A stretch of DNA of 64,000 nucleotides. Origin: Escherichia phage ZCEC14. Made by a program: the position numbers and the translations under genes. Shown here piece after piece: positions 27,512-37,388 of the stretch (its first letter is position 1; each line of letters starts with the position of its first letter). The notes beneath the pieces were generated by a model. It was not told the DNA's origin and did no database searches. It saw only the letters and a list, made by a program, of their open reading frames with translations. The stretch lies in sequence record OP168898.1. One strand, given 5' to 3'.

Positions 27512-27598
27512 GGGGAGTTATCCCGTAGAGGTAGCGGTGTGGACTGTAAATCCATTGTCATTGCGACTCGGGTGGTTCGACTCCATCACTCCCCACCA
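27512..27598 (+). tRNA. tRNA-Tyr (anticodon GUA), class II with long variable arm
   Basis: Acceptor GGGGAGT/ACTCCCC perfect 7 bp, anticodon loop CTGTAAA, variable stem GTC-ATTGC-GAC, T-arm GGTGGTTCGACTCCATC, 3' ACCA. Confidence 0.7.
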
Positions 27599-27602
27599 AT
27601 TT

Positions 27603-27677
27603 GGATGTGTAGCTCAATGGCAGAGCGATCGCCTGTTAAGCGATTGGTTATAGGTTCGAATCCTATCACGTCCGCCA
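27603..27677 (+). tRNA. tRNA-Asn (anticodon GUU)
   Basis: Acceptor GGATGTG/CACGTCC, D-arm GCTCAATGGCAGAGC, anticodon loop CTGTTAA, T-arm AGGTTCGAATCCT, 3' GCCA. Confidence 0.75.
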
Positions 27678-27681
27678 AATC

Positions 27682-27757
27682 CGAGGCATAGCTCAGAAGG
27701 AAGAGCAAGGACCTTCTAAGTCCTGGGTCGTAGGTTCGATCCCTACTGCCTCGACCA
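27682..27757 (+). tRNA. tRNA-Arg (anticodon UCU)
   Basis: Acceptor CGAGGCA/TGCCTCG, D-arm TAGCTCAGAAGGAAGAGC, anticodon loop CTTCTAA, T-arm GGTTCGATCCC, 3' ACCA. Confidence 0.85.
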
Positions 27758-27775
27758 ATTATAAGTGAGGAAAAT

Positions 27776-28126
27776 ATGAAAGGTAATGTTTATTTAGTAG
27801 TTCATGATTTAACATTCTATTTTAATCATAATGATACTGTTATTTCTGAACGTGTAATTAATTTACTTTATCAGCATGCAGATTATGTTTATGTTGAAAA
27901 CGAATTTGGACATTGGCAATTTATTAAAAATCGTTCATTTGGTTTAGATGGTTACGAATATTTTGAACGTAAAGACCTTTTAGATAAAATTCCGTTATCT
28001 ACACAATATCAAAATCATAAGTCTTTATATAAATGTCGGCTAATTCGAAATGCTGAATCTGCGTATGAAGCAATTGATTTATGGCGTAAACGCCGTGAAC
28101 AGATTGATGCTTTAAAAGAATATTAA
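27776..28126 (+). CDS. Hypothetical protein (116 aa)
   Basis: ORF with RBS GAGGAAAAT immediately after tRNA-Arg; analogous to T4 tRNA.x ORFs by position. Confidence 0.55.
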   Translation: MKGNVYLVVHDLTFYFNHNDTVISERVINLLYQHADYVYVENEFGHWQFIKNRSFGLDGYEYFERKDLLDKIPLSTQYQNHKSLYKCRLIRNAESAYEAIDLWRKRREQIDALKEY

Positions 28127-28485
28127 GAAACCGGGTCGCTACCGGTAAGTCGTCGGACTGATGTTCCCTGAGTAAGGACTAGCATTAACAAATCTTTGCG
28201 ATTGGTTAATGCCCCCTTACATCACAGCAGAAACGGCGCACCGAATTATCGATTCGAGGAAATATCTTTGCCGTAAGCCGAGTAGCGTTTTTGACGGAAC
28301 GTTCGGATATGGTCGAGATATGGCCTTTTAAAAATATTGAGTAGCGTCAACTGCTTAATAACCGGGTTCGAATCCCGGCGTTTCGTACAAACACTTGCCT
28401 TAGCAGGTGGAACCCCGACAAGGTTGCCGCAAGGCTTAGCCCCGACCGAAAGGTTGGGGCTTTTTAGTTTGAATCATATAGAGAA
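28127..28485 (+). ncRNA. Candidate structured non-coding RNA(s) with tRNA-like T-arm motif and strong terminal hairpin
   Basis: About 350 nt without a credible ORF; GC-rich helices (ACCGGGTCGCTACCGGT; CCGGGTTCGAATCCCGG at 28362-28378); ends in terminator 28438-28465. Confidence 0.35.
28438..28465 (+). terminator. Rho-independent terminator
   Basis: AGCCCC-GACCGAAAGGTT-GGGGCT hairpin followed by TTTTT. Confidence 0.75.
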
Positions 28486-28555
28486 TGCTGTTACGGATAA
28501 TAACAAAGTAATAAATAATTAATAACCAACCGATAAATTATTTCAAGGATTTTAA

Positions 28556-29119
28556 ATGAAAACCTATGCCGAATTTTTAACCGAAGCAGCAAAATTACCA
28601 TCTGAAGCAGATCTTACTAAAGTATTCTTCCAATTGGACCCCAAAGACCGTGGTGATTTTCTTAAGTGGAAAGCTAAAGCTATTGAAATGTATAACATTG
28701 ATAATAGTTCTTTTACGATGAGTCAAGAAAATAAATTCAATAAAGCATTTTTCAAAATTTCTAAGAAATTGGCATCTGGCACTCAGGTTCCTAAATCTGC
28801 CTTAGCTACTCCTGAACGTGCACCTGTTAAAATTTCTAAGAATATGTTTGACACTAAAAAATATGTCAATGCTTTGAATAAAGCTCTTGATGCATTGGAT
28901 GATGCAAAGAAGGCAGCTCGTGATCTTCAAGACGTGTACACCGATTTTGATCGTAAAACTAAAGGTTCTATTTCAAATAGCGAACGCAATAGTGTAAGTG
29001 TTTATTCCGATAGCCTTGATGTTCTTGGCGATGCGTATACTGAAATTAAAAATCGTATTAACACTGCATCTAAGCTAAAAGCTGCTGCCGAAGCTATAAT
29101 AACTAAACTAGGTAAATAA
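28556..29119 (+). CDS. Internal-protein-like ORF with CTS leader (MKTYAEFLTEA), 187 aa
   Basis: N-terminal leader matches T4 ip CTS pattern; lysine/alanine-rich helical protein; terminator downstream. Confidence 0.65.
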   Translation: MKTYAEFLTEAAKLPSEADLTKVFFQLDPKDRGDFLKWKAKAIEMYNIDNSSFTMSQENKFNKAFFKISKKLASGTQVPKSALATPERAPVKISKNMFDTKKYVNALNKALDALDDAKKAARDLQDVYTDFDRKTKGSISNSERNSVSVYSDSLDVLGDAYTEIKNRINTASKLKAAAEAIITKLGK

Positions 29120-29127
29120 TTTTAAAT

Positions 29128-29152
29128 CCCTATCTAAATGATAGGGCTTTTT
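29128..29152 (+). terminator. Rho-independent terminator
   Basis: CCCTATC-TAAAT-GATAGGG hairpin followed by CTTTTT. Confidence 0.75.
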
Positions 29153-29274
29153 GGTATCTAGGCCTTTCTGGACCTCTCTAGGCATCATTTAGTTTCTACC
29201 CTTTATAATATATTATCCTATCTTTTAATTGCCCCTCCCTGCTCTAGAATTCCCTAAAATTTTTTTCACAAAAC

Positions 29275-29305
29275 GGTTTACATCCCTGTTCTTCCATGGT
29301 ACTAT
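29275..29305 (+). promoter_or_regulatory. T4-type early promoter
   Basis: GTTTAC 29275-29280 and GGTACTATA -10-like; upstream TTCCCTAAAATTTTTTTCACAAA element shared with promoter at 57941-57978. Confidence 0.55.
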
Positions 29306-29348
29306 ACAACTATCAACTACTGATACAGAAAACAACTTGGAGAATAAA

Positions 29349-29612
29349 ATGGATAATTACGGCGAACTGTTCAACTTCTTTATGAAATGCGTTTCAGAAG
29401 ATTTCGGTCGTACAGTGAATGATATTAAAGTTATCGGTCCTGACCATCCGATGTTTGAAACTTACGCAGTAATGGGTAATGAAGACGGTCAGTGGTATAC
29501 TGTAAAGGTTGTGATTAACATGTTCACTGCTGAAGGTTATGTTAAACTGTCTTCTAAAGTTTACCATGATAACGATGAAATCGCAGAAGAATATTTCAAT
29601 AATATGAAATAA
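29349..29612 (+). CDS. Hypothetical protein (87 aa)
   Basis: ATG 29349 preceded by GGAGAATAAAATG cassette RBS; ORF-track start at 29229 lies upstream of the promoter. Confidence 0.6.
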   Translation: MDNYGELFNFFMKCVSEDFGRTVNDIKVIGPDHPMFETYAVMGNEDGQWYTVKVVINMFTAEGYVKLSSKVYHDNDEIAEEYFNNMK

Positions 29613-29680
29613 TTGTGTACAAACACCAAGGATGGTGTTATTATAGACTTATCAAAACAAATACAGAAACGGAGAAATAA

Positions 29681-29857
29681 ATGACTACTTTAATTATTTG
29701 GTTTGACGAAAATGAAGAAACATACTGCGTGAACATTGGCGAAAGTCCAATGCCAGAATTTGAATCTTCAGATAAAAACTCGGTTGTATCTTGGGCTGAA
29801 GGTTATAAAGCAGCAAAAGGCGATGTTGAAATAGTTTACAAACTATCCGGAGTATAA
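29681..29857 (+). CDS. Hypothetical small protein (58 aa)
   Basis: ATG 29681 with RBS GGAGAAATAA; below the ORF-track length cutoff. Confidence 0.45.
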   Translation: MTTLIIWFDENEETYCVNIGESPMPEFESSDKNSVVSWAEGYKAAKGDVEIVYKLSGV

Positions 29858-29900
29858 TACTCTCATGGATTTTAAATTTTAATTAACCTAAGGAAATACT

Positions 29901-30494
29901 ATGAACACACTGAAGAAAATTGTTGAGTTTATTCGCACTAAACTTGGTTCTGCTATGGCTAAAAATCTGTCTGTTGAAGAACAGTATACTGCCGCAGCAG
30001 CAAAACTGCTTGATAAAATTAAAGACCTAAAAACTGCTTCTGTTAAATCTATTAATGAAGAAAAGCGTATTCGTGAACTTATCGTTGAAAAGAATAAGCA
30101 GGCCGAATCAAAAGAGCGTGAAATTCGCAAGCTTCTTTCCGAAGGTCAAGATGTAACAATGCATGCTAAACTCGGTTTGCTATATCGTCGAACAGCTGAA
30201 CAGTTGACTACTAAAGCTGATGGTTATGCTGAAATGCGAATTGAAATCGCCAAGAAAGTAGTTGAGTTAGATGATGCTCGTCAAGAACTTGCAGTTAAAT
30301 TGGAATATATCCGTGAAACTCGTGCAGCAAATGCCCTTGGAATTAGTACTGCCGATGATGTAGTTGAAATTGCAGCACTGACTAAGGTTGATATTGAAGA
30401 TACCCTTGCTCGAGTTGAAACCTTTAACGGTAATATTTCTGGGGTTGAAACTACCTCTGCCGATGTTCAGGAATACATTAATTCTCTGAAATAA
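29901..30494 (+). CDS. Coiled-coil protein, possibly PspA/IM30-like (197 aa)
   Basis: Entirely helical, charged heptad-rich sequence; loose resemblance to PspA family; terminator downstream. Confidence 0.5.
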
Positions 30495-30498
30495 TGAT

Positions 30499-30516
30499 AA
30501 GGGGCTTCGGCCCCTT
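30499..30516 (+). terminator. Stem-loop / probable terminator
   Basis: AAGGGGC-TTCG-GCCCCTT hairpin; weak U tract. Confidence 0.55.
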
Positions 30517-30535
30517 ATACTTGGAGTAAATAGGA

Positions 30536-31150
30536 ATGAAAATGAAAATGCAAAGTGATTTCAATTCAATGTTTGAAGAATTCCAACGACAAGTTGATGT
30601 TCCAGACCAATTGCTAAATGCTCTTAAACGTATGGCAGAAGGGCGTAATTATTATTGGGGTTCTTCATATGAAACTGATGAAAGTCTTTCTGGAAGATTT
30701 TCCAGAGGTAAAAAGTCTTTAATACGTCCTGGAATACTTATTAACAGTATTGAATCAATTTATTCATTGACATGTGATTTTGATGTTGAATTTACTGATT
30801 TCATTTCTCCTGAATGGACAGTTTGTTATTTAAACGACGATTTTGATTATCTCGGTGTTTATAGTTTAAGTGACGCATGGTTTAAACGTAATTTACAAAA
30901 GTCAAATTTATTTTATATTGATACTACAGTAAAATTTCAGGGAAAGAAATATTTCTTTACTCTTATAGTTGATTCTGAAACGAAACATGAAAATAAACGT
31001 ATTCTTAGTAAAAGAAATATCTTGAATATTGTTGATGATCTTTTTGATAAATTAGTGGAAAATCCTAATTTTGAAAGTGATTTATTACTAGAAAAATTTG
31101 TTAAGGAATGTAGAGAATATGTCAAAACCATCACTATACCTTCCAAGTAA
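30536..31150 (+). CDS. Hypothetical protein (204 aa)
   Basis: ORF with RBS GGAGTAAATAGGAATG; no recognised motif. Confidence 0.55.
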   Translation: MKMKMQSDFNSMFEEFQRQVDVPDQLLNALKRMAEGRNYYWGSSYETDESLSGRFSRGKKSLIRPGILINSIESIYSLTCDFDVEFTDFISPEWTVCYLNDDFDYLGVYSLSDAWFKRNLQKSNLFYIDTTVKFQGKKYFFTLIVDSETKHENKRILSKRNILNIVDDLFDKLVENPNFESDLLLEKFVKECREYVKTITIPSK

Positions 31151-31511
31151 ACCTGTGAAGTATGAACCAAAGCGTCAGCTAATTCCTACTGATGTATTAA
31201 TAGGTCCTGTGGTAGCTGTATCATTTGTGATTCTGCTGATTGCTGGAATGGTTATAGACGTTATGACTGATATTGAATCTGGTGTAATATTTGGAGCAAC
31301 ACTAATTCTTCCATTAGTAGTTCCATTTTTATTGGTACCTGTAAATTGGGTAGGATATTGGTATCAAGGAAGGCATTATCGTAAACGTGTACGTGAATGG
31401 AAAGCTCAGTGTAAAAAGATTAAAAAGGAACACCAGCTTAAGCTAGATATGTATGAATTTGATGAAATTATGAAATTTGTTAAGGAATCACGATGCAAAA
31501 GCCAAAACTAA
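31119..31511 (+). CDS. Membrane protein (about 130 aa)
   Basis: ATG 31119; hydrophobic TM segments; ORF-track start 31098 is a TTG. Confidence 0.5.
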   Translation: MSKPSLYLPSKPVKYEPKRQLIPTDVLIGPVVAVSFVILLIAGMVIDVMTDIESGVIFGATLILPLVVPFLLVPVNWVGYWYQGRHYRKRVREWKAQCKKIKKEHQLKLDMYEFDEIMKFVKESRCKSQN

Positions 31512-31851
31512 ATAAAGTCAAATATTCGTTTCCTGAGTCATTTTTAATTTTTGTTGTGGCGTTGACTGCAGCTCTTGCGGGTAGTCTTTTTGGATTGTTA
31601 ATTGACTGTATTATTTTAAACATCGATAGTTCAGCAATTATAACAGATGTTTGGAGTGAACTTCGTTTTACTATAGCGATTTCATTATTTTCATTCTTTG
31701 GTACCATACTATATTTTCATTATGATAATTTTAAAATAAATTGGCAAAGAAAAAAGGATTACAAAATACAATTAAAAGAATATAATAGCTACATGTCTTA
31801 TATTGAAAATGAATCAATGAAAGAGTTTGCGAGTGATTGCAGGAAATTAAA

Positions 31852-31855
<4 letters not shown>
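31493..31855 (+). CDS. Membrane protein (120 aa)
   Basis: Two hydrophobic helices; overlaps neighbours at both ends. Confidence 0.5.
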
Positions 31856-33096
<1,241 letters not shown>

Positions 33097-33107
33097 TTGT
33101 TTACTTC

Positions 33108-33130
33108 CTCCAAGGGTTTTGATATTATAC
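33108..33130 (+). promoter_or_regulatory. T4-type early promoter
   Basis: GTTTAC 33108-33113, GATATTATA -10; drives truncated denV-like ORF. Confidence 0.5.
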
Positions 33131-33155
33131 ATTCATCAACTACTTGGAGGAAATT

Positions 33156-33296
33156 ATGACCCGTATCAATTTAACACTTGTTTCTGAATTGACCGACCAA
33201 CATCTTATGGCTGAGTATCGTGAATTACCACGCGTATTTGGTGCAGTCCGTGAACATGTTCAAAACGGTTTACGCTTAAGTATTAATATGGTATAA
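33156..33296 (+). pseudogene. Truncated duplicate of denV 5' end (46 codons)
   Basis: Encodes [46 protein letters not shown], matching the first ~35 residues of denV at 34306 before diverging to a stop; same upstream TACTTGGAGG RBS. Confidence 0.7.
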
Positions 33297-33325
33297 TTAC
33301 TCTATCAAAACAAACAAGGAAACAC

Positions 33326-33904
33326 ATGAAAACATATCAAGAATTTATTGCCGAAGCTTCTGTAGTAAAGGCCAAAGGTATTAATAAAGATGAGTGGACC
33401 TACCGATCGGGAAACGGCTTTGACCCTAAAACAGCTCCTATTGAACGGTACTTAGCTACAAAGGCTTCCGACTTTAAAGCTTTCGCTTGGGAAGGACTTC
33501 GCTGGCGTACCGATCTAAATATTGAAGTTGATGGGCTTAAATTTGGCCATATTCAGGATGTTGTTGCTAGTAACTTAGACGCAGCTTTTGTTAAAGCCGA
33601 CGGTGACCTTCGTCGCTGGAATTTAAAACTGTTCTCTAAACAGAAAGGCCCGGTGTTTGTGCCTAAAGCTGGTAAATGGGTTATTGATAACAAATTAGCT
33701 AAGGCTGTCAACTACGCTGGTCTTGAATTTGCCAAGCATAAATCATCATGGAAAGGTCTTGATGCAATGGCTTTCCGTAAAGAATTTGCTGATGTTATGG
33801 CTAAAGGCGGCTTTAAGGCAGAACTAGATACCTCTAAAGGTACGTTTAAAGACGCTAATGTTCAGTACGCTTACGCCGTTGCTAATGCAGCCCGTAATTC
33901 CTAA
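33326..33904 (+). CDS. ipIII: Internal protein III
   Basis: 192 aa with MKTYQEFIAEA CTS leader; sequence recognised as T4 IPIII-like; position next to ipII/denV. Confidence 0.85.
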   Translation: MKTYQEFIAEASVVKAKGINKDEWTYRSGNGFDPKTAPIERYLATKASDFKAFAWEGLRWRTDLNIEVDGLKFGHIQDVVASNLDAAFVKADGDLRRWNLKLFSKQKGPVFVPKAGKWVIDNKLAKAVNYAGLEFAKHKSSWKGLDAMAFRKEFADVMAKGGFKAELDTSKGTFKDANVQYAYAVANAARNS

Positions 33905-33945
33905 TAAAGCTAATACTCAGACCTATTTACATTTAAAGGAAACAT

Positions 33946-34248
33946 ATGAAAACATATCAAGAATTTATTACTGAAGCGCGAGTGAGTGCAGGTAAATTAG
34001 AAGCCGCTATAAATAAAAAGGCCCATTCATTTCATGATTTGTCCGATAAAGACCGTAAGAAACTTGTAAGCCTTTATATTGACAAAGAGCGTATTCTCGC
34101 TCTTCCTGGCGCTAATGAAGGTAAACAGGCCAAGCCTTTGAATGCTGTCGAAAAGAAAATTGATAACTTTGCTTCTAAATTCGGTATGTCTATGGATGAC
34201 CTTCAGCAAGCGGCTATCGAAGCAGCTAAAGTAATTAAAGGTAAATAA
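33946..34248 (+). CDS. ipII: Internal protein II
   Basis: 100 aa with MKTYQEFITEA leader; size and position as T4 IPII. Confidence 0.85.
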   Translation: MKTYQEFITEARVSAGKLEAAINKKAHSFHDLSDKDRKKLVSLYIDKERILALPGANEGKQAKPLNAVEKKIDNFASKFGMSMDDLQQAAIEAAKVIKGK

Positions 34249-34250
34249 CA

Positions 34251-34282
34251 GTTTACTTTCTCCTAGAATTGTGATAGTATAA
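34251..34282 (+). promoter_or_regulatory. T4-type early promoter for denV
   Basis: GTTTAC 34251-34256, TGATAGTATAAT extended -10, RBS TGGAGGGGTAAAATG. Confidence 0.6.
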
Positions 34283-34305
34283 TCATAATTACTTGGAGGG
34301 GTAAA

Positions 34306-34722
34306 ATGACTCGTATTAATTTGACTTTAGTATCTGAACTTGCTGATCAACATTTAATCGCGGAATACCGTGAATTGCCACGTGTTTTTGGTATAATTCG
34401 TAAACACGTGGCAAATGGTAAACGGGTTAAAGATTTTAAAATATCTTCCGAGTTTATTTTAGGTTCTGGTCATGTTACGTTCTTTTACGATAAGTTAGAA
34501 TTTTTGCGAAAGCGTCAATCAGACATTATAACGGAATGCTTAAAACGCGGGTTTAGTATAAAAGATACTGAAGTTCCTGATATCAGTGATATTCCAGTAG
34601 AATGGAAAAATGATTATAATCCATGCAAATCAGCTATTAAGTTGAGTCAACAACGACTCGATGAAAAAATTTTAATGAAGCCGCACTGGTATAAGTATTA
34701 CGGCAAAAATATTTACATTTAA
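34306..34722 (+). CDS. denV: Endonuclease V (pyrimidine dimer DNA glycosylase / AP lyase)
   Basis: 138 aa as T4 DenV; N-terminus [17 protein letters not shown]...[10 protein letters not shown] recognised. Confidence 0.9.
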   Translation: MTRINLTLVSELADQHLIAEYRELPRVFGIIRKHVANGKRVKDFKISSEFILGSGHVTFFYDKLEFLRKRQSDIITECLKRGFSIKDTEVPDISDIPVEWKNDYNPCKSAIKLSQQRLDEKILMKPHWYKYYGKNIYI

Positions 34723-34866
34723 ATAACATGGGAACAAGCTGGACCTCATGATTCTGTGAGGGATTCCCGCCAACCTGTAATAAGGTCGAGCCCAAGCGCG
34801 GTAATGGGTAAATACAGAAATGGACAATTCATGCGCCACGGAATGGCCCAAACTTAGAGAGAAGAA

Positions 34867-35406
34867 ATGAGAACATTTTTAACTGGTCCTTATCTATCCC
34901 TGATGAATGCTTTTACACACCATTCTGATGCTAGAGTAGAAGAAATTTGTAAAAACGAATATATCCCGCCATTTGAAGACTTACTTAAACAGTATTGCAC
35001 ACTTCGACTAGACGGTGGACGTCAATCCGGTAAATCAATTGCTGTGACTAACTTTGCTGCTAATTGGCTGTATGATGGCGGAACAGTTATTGTTCTTTCT
35101 AATACTTCAGCTTACGCTAAAATTTCTGCAAATAACATTAAAAAGGAATTTTCGCGTTATTCTAATGATGATATACGTTTTCGTTTATTTACTGATTCTG
35201 TACGCAGTTTTATTGGTAATAAAGGAAGCAAGTTCAGAGGTTTATCGCTTTCGCGAATTTTGTATATAATTGATGAGCCTGTCAAATCTCCTGATATGGA
35301 TAAGATTTATAGTGTCCATATTGACACTGTGCAACACTGCTGCAATAGTAAATGCTGCATTGGTGGTATTACTCGTCCGCAGTTTTTCGTAATCGGAATG
35401 CAATGA
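34867..35406 (+). CDS. Small P-loop NTPase-like protein (179 aa)
   Basis: Walker A-like GGRQSGKS and Walker B-like ILYIIDE; position corresponds to T4 vs.x ORFs. Confidence 0.5.
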   Translation: MRTFLTGPYLSLMNAFTHHSDARVEEICKNEYIPPFEDLLKQYCTLRLDGGRQSGKSIAVTNFAANWLYDGGTVIVLSNTSAYAKISANNIKKEFSRYSNDDIRFRLFTDSVRSFIGNKGSKFRGLSLSRILYIIDEPVKSPDMDKIYSVHIDTVQHCCNSKCCIGGITRPQFFVIGMQ

Positions 35407-35732
35407 TGACAGACACACAGCTTTTCGAATATCTTTATTTTTCGCCAAAAACTATTAAAAATAAATTGGTGAATCATTTTGAAATTTTGGCAAAAAATAA
35501 CATTTTAAGTGAATTTTATCCTAAGCAATACAAATTACAAAAAGGAGTATTCAAAGGATGCAGAGTTTTGTGTACTGCTCCTAATGCAAGATTAATGAAT
35601 AAAATTCCATATTTTACCATGGAATTTATTGATGGACCTTTTAAAGGATTAATTACCCAAAGTTTAATGGCATATGATTCTGAGCCATTTTTAATTAAAG
35701 AACAATCTTGGATAAATTTATTTTCTAATTGA
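35406..35732 (+). CDS. Hypothetical protein (108 aa)
   Basis: ATG 35406 overlapping stop of preceding ORF (TGATG); ORF-track start 35352 is further upstream. Confidence 0.5.
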   Translation: MTDTQLFEYLYFSPKTIKNKLVNHFEILAKNNILSEFYPKQYKLQKGVFKGCRVLCTAPNARLMNKIPYFTMEFIDGPFKGLITQSLMAYDSEPFLIKEQSWINLFSN

Positions 35733-35739
35733 GGTTTAT

Positions 35740-36102
35740 ATGAAAGCATATCAAATTCTTGAAGGCACACATAAAGGTACTATTTATTTTGAAGATGGTA
35801 TTCAAGCACGAATTATTGTCTCTAAAACCTTCAAAGAGGACTCTTTTGTAGATCCAGAAATTTTCTACGGTTTGCATGCCCGTGAAATTGAAATTGAGCC
35901 ACAACCTACAGTTAAAATTGAAGGTGGTCAACACTTGAACGTTAACGTTCTGCGTCGCGAAACTCTGGAAGATGCAGTTAAGCATCCGGAAAAATATCCG
36001 CAGCTGACCATCCGTGTATCCGGTTATGCAGTTCGCTTTAACTCTCTGACTCCGGAACAGCAGCGCGACGTTATCGCTCGTACCTTTACCGAGAGTTTGT
36101 AA
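35740..36102 (+). CDS. Autonomous glycyl radical cofactor, GrcA/YfiD-like (T4 Y06I-type)
   Basis: C-terminus [63 protein letters not shown] is the GrcA/PFL glycyl-radical motif (RVSGY); 3' half has host-like codons. Confidence 0.85.
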   Translation: MKAYQILEGTHKGTIYFEDGIQARIIVSKTFKEDSFVDPEIFYGLHAREIEIEPQPTVKIEGGQHLNVNVLRRETLEDAVKHPEKYPQLTIRVSGYAVRFNSLTPEQQRDVIARTFTESL

Positions 36103-36323
36103 TGGCAAAGATAATTATTGAAGGTTCTGAAGATGTGCTAAATGCTTTCGCCGAGTGGTTTAGTAATTCAGGCGAACAGCAATTTAATGAAGCGTGGAAT
36201 ATGGGTGATATTGATGGAATTTATCCTACGACAGAAATTTCTGTTCAGGGATATGGCATTCATGAACCTATTCGTTTAGTTGAATATGATTTGGGAACGG
36301 GTGAGGAAGTAGAATATGATTGA
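36102..36323 (+). CDS. Hypothetical small acidic protein (73 aa)
   Basis: ATGG overlap with upstream stop; phage-like composition. Confidence 0.5.
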   Translation: MAKIIIEGSEDVLNAFAEWFSNSGEQQFNEAWNMGDIDGIYPTTEISVQGYGIHEPIRLVEYDLGTGEEVEYD

Positions 36324-36582
36324 AGATATTAAAGGTTATAAGCCGCACACTGAAGAGAAAATCGATAAAGTGAATGCTATCAAAGACGCTGAAGTTCGTT
36401 TAGGACTTATCTTTGACGCTTTATACGATGAATTCTGGGAAGCACTAGATAATTGTGAAGACTGCGAATTCGCGAAGAATTATGCTGAAAGCCTCGATCA
36501 GTTAACTATTGCTAAAACGAAACTCAAAGAAGCCAGTATGTGGGCTTGTCGTGCCGTGTTCCAACCAGAGGAAAAATACTAA
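36316..36582 (+). CDS. Hypothetical protein (88 aa)
   Basis: Overlapping start/stop chain typical of T4 early operons. Confidence 0.5.
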   Translation: MIEDIKGYKPHTEEKIDKVNAIKDAEVRLGLIFDALYDEFWEALDNCEDCEFAKNYAESLDQLTIAKTKLKEASMWACRAVFQPEEKY

Positions 36583-36860
36583 TGGCTCAATTAAGCGCCG
36601 GGTTTGGTTATGAGTATTATACTGCCCCTCGTCGTGTGTCTGTTGCTCCTAAGAAAATTCAAAGTCTTGATGACTTCCAGGAAGTAGTCCGTAAAGCTTT
36701 CCAGGACTATGCACGTTATCTTAAAGAAGATTCGCAGGACTGTCTCGAAGAAGATGAAATTGCTTACTATGAGCAACGTCTTGAGCAGCTTAAAAACCTA
36801 CATGAGGTCCGTGCAGAAGTTTCAAAGTCTATGAATAAATTGATTAGATTTAAAGAATAA
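36582..36860 (+). CDS. Hypothetical protein (92 aa)
   Basis: ATG 36582 overlapping upstream stop TAATG; ORF-track start 36540 less likely. Confidence 0.5.
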   Translation: MAQLSAGFGYEYYTAPRRVSVAPKKIQSLDDFQEVVRKAFQDYARYLKEDSQDCLEEDEIAYYEQRLEQLKNLHEVRAEVSKSMNKLIRFKE

Positions 36861-36863
36861 CTG

Positions 36864-36893
36864 TTTACTTTTCCTCTTGACTGTGGTATAATT
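36864..36893 (+). promoter_or_regulatory. T4-type early promoter for regB
   Basis: GTTTAC 36864-36869, TGGTATAAT extended -10 at 36885-36893, RBS AAGAGGAGAACAACATG. Confidence 0.65.
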
Positions 36894-36919
36894 TTTCTAT
36901 CAGTTAAGAGGAGAACAAC

Positions 36920-37381
36920 ATGACTATCAACACAGAAGTTTTTATCCGTCGAAATAAGCTCCGTCGTCACTTTGAGTCGGAGTTTCGTCAAATTAACAAT
37001 GAGATTCGTGAGGCATCAAAAGCAGCAGGAGTCTCATCGTTTCATCTAAAATATTCTCAGCATCTTCTTGACCGCGCAATTCAACGGGAGATTGATGAGA
37101 CATACGTTTTTGAATTATTCCATAAAATAAAAGACCATGTTTTAGAAGTTAATGAATTCCTAAGTATGCCTCCGCGTCCTGACATTGACGAGGATTTTAT
37201 TGATGGGGTTGAATATCGTCCTGGACGTTTAGAAATCACAGATGGAAATCTTTGGCTTGGATTTACAGTTTGTAAACCTAACGAGAAGTTCAAAGACCCG
37301 TCACTTCAATGTAGGATGGCAATTATCAACAGTCGTCGTTTACCAGGAAAGGCTTCTAAAGCAGTAATTAAAACTCAATGA
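36920..37381 (+). CDS. regB: Site-specific endoribonuclease RegB
   Basis: 153 aa as T4 RegB; basic N-terminus; position between vs block and denV side. Confidence 0.8.
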   Translation: MTINTEVFIRRNKLRRHFESEFRQINNEIREASKAAGVSSFHLKYSQHLLDRAIQREIDETYVFELFHKIKDHVLEVNEFLSMPPRPDIDEDFIDGVEYRPGRLEITDGNLWLGFTVCKPNEKFKDPSLQCRMAIINSRRLPGKASKAVIKTQ

Positions 37382-37388
37382 GGTAAGC

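Noticed and set aside
28127-28485. tmRNA or RNase P RNA identity for the structured segment
   Set aside because: No tRNA-like 5' acceptor with 3' CCA pairing, no plausible tag-peptide frame ending in a hydrophobic tail, and no RNase P conserved motifs were seen.
28337-28522. 61-aa ORF inside the candidate structured RNA region
   Set aside because: It runs through the terminator hairpin, has no RBS and an implausible GC-rich codon composition compared with phage genes; non-coding structure is the better explanation.
35516-36108. Minus-strand ORFs 35516-35770 and 35725-36108 antisense to the GrcA-like gene
   Set aside because: The plus-strand frame encodes a highly recognisable glycyl-radical motif; the antisense frames are incidental.
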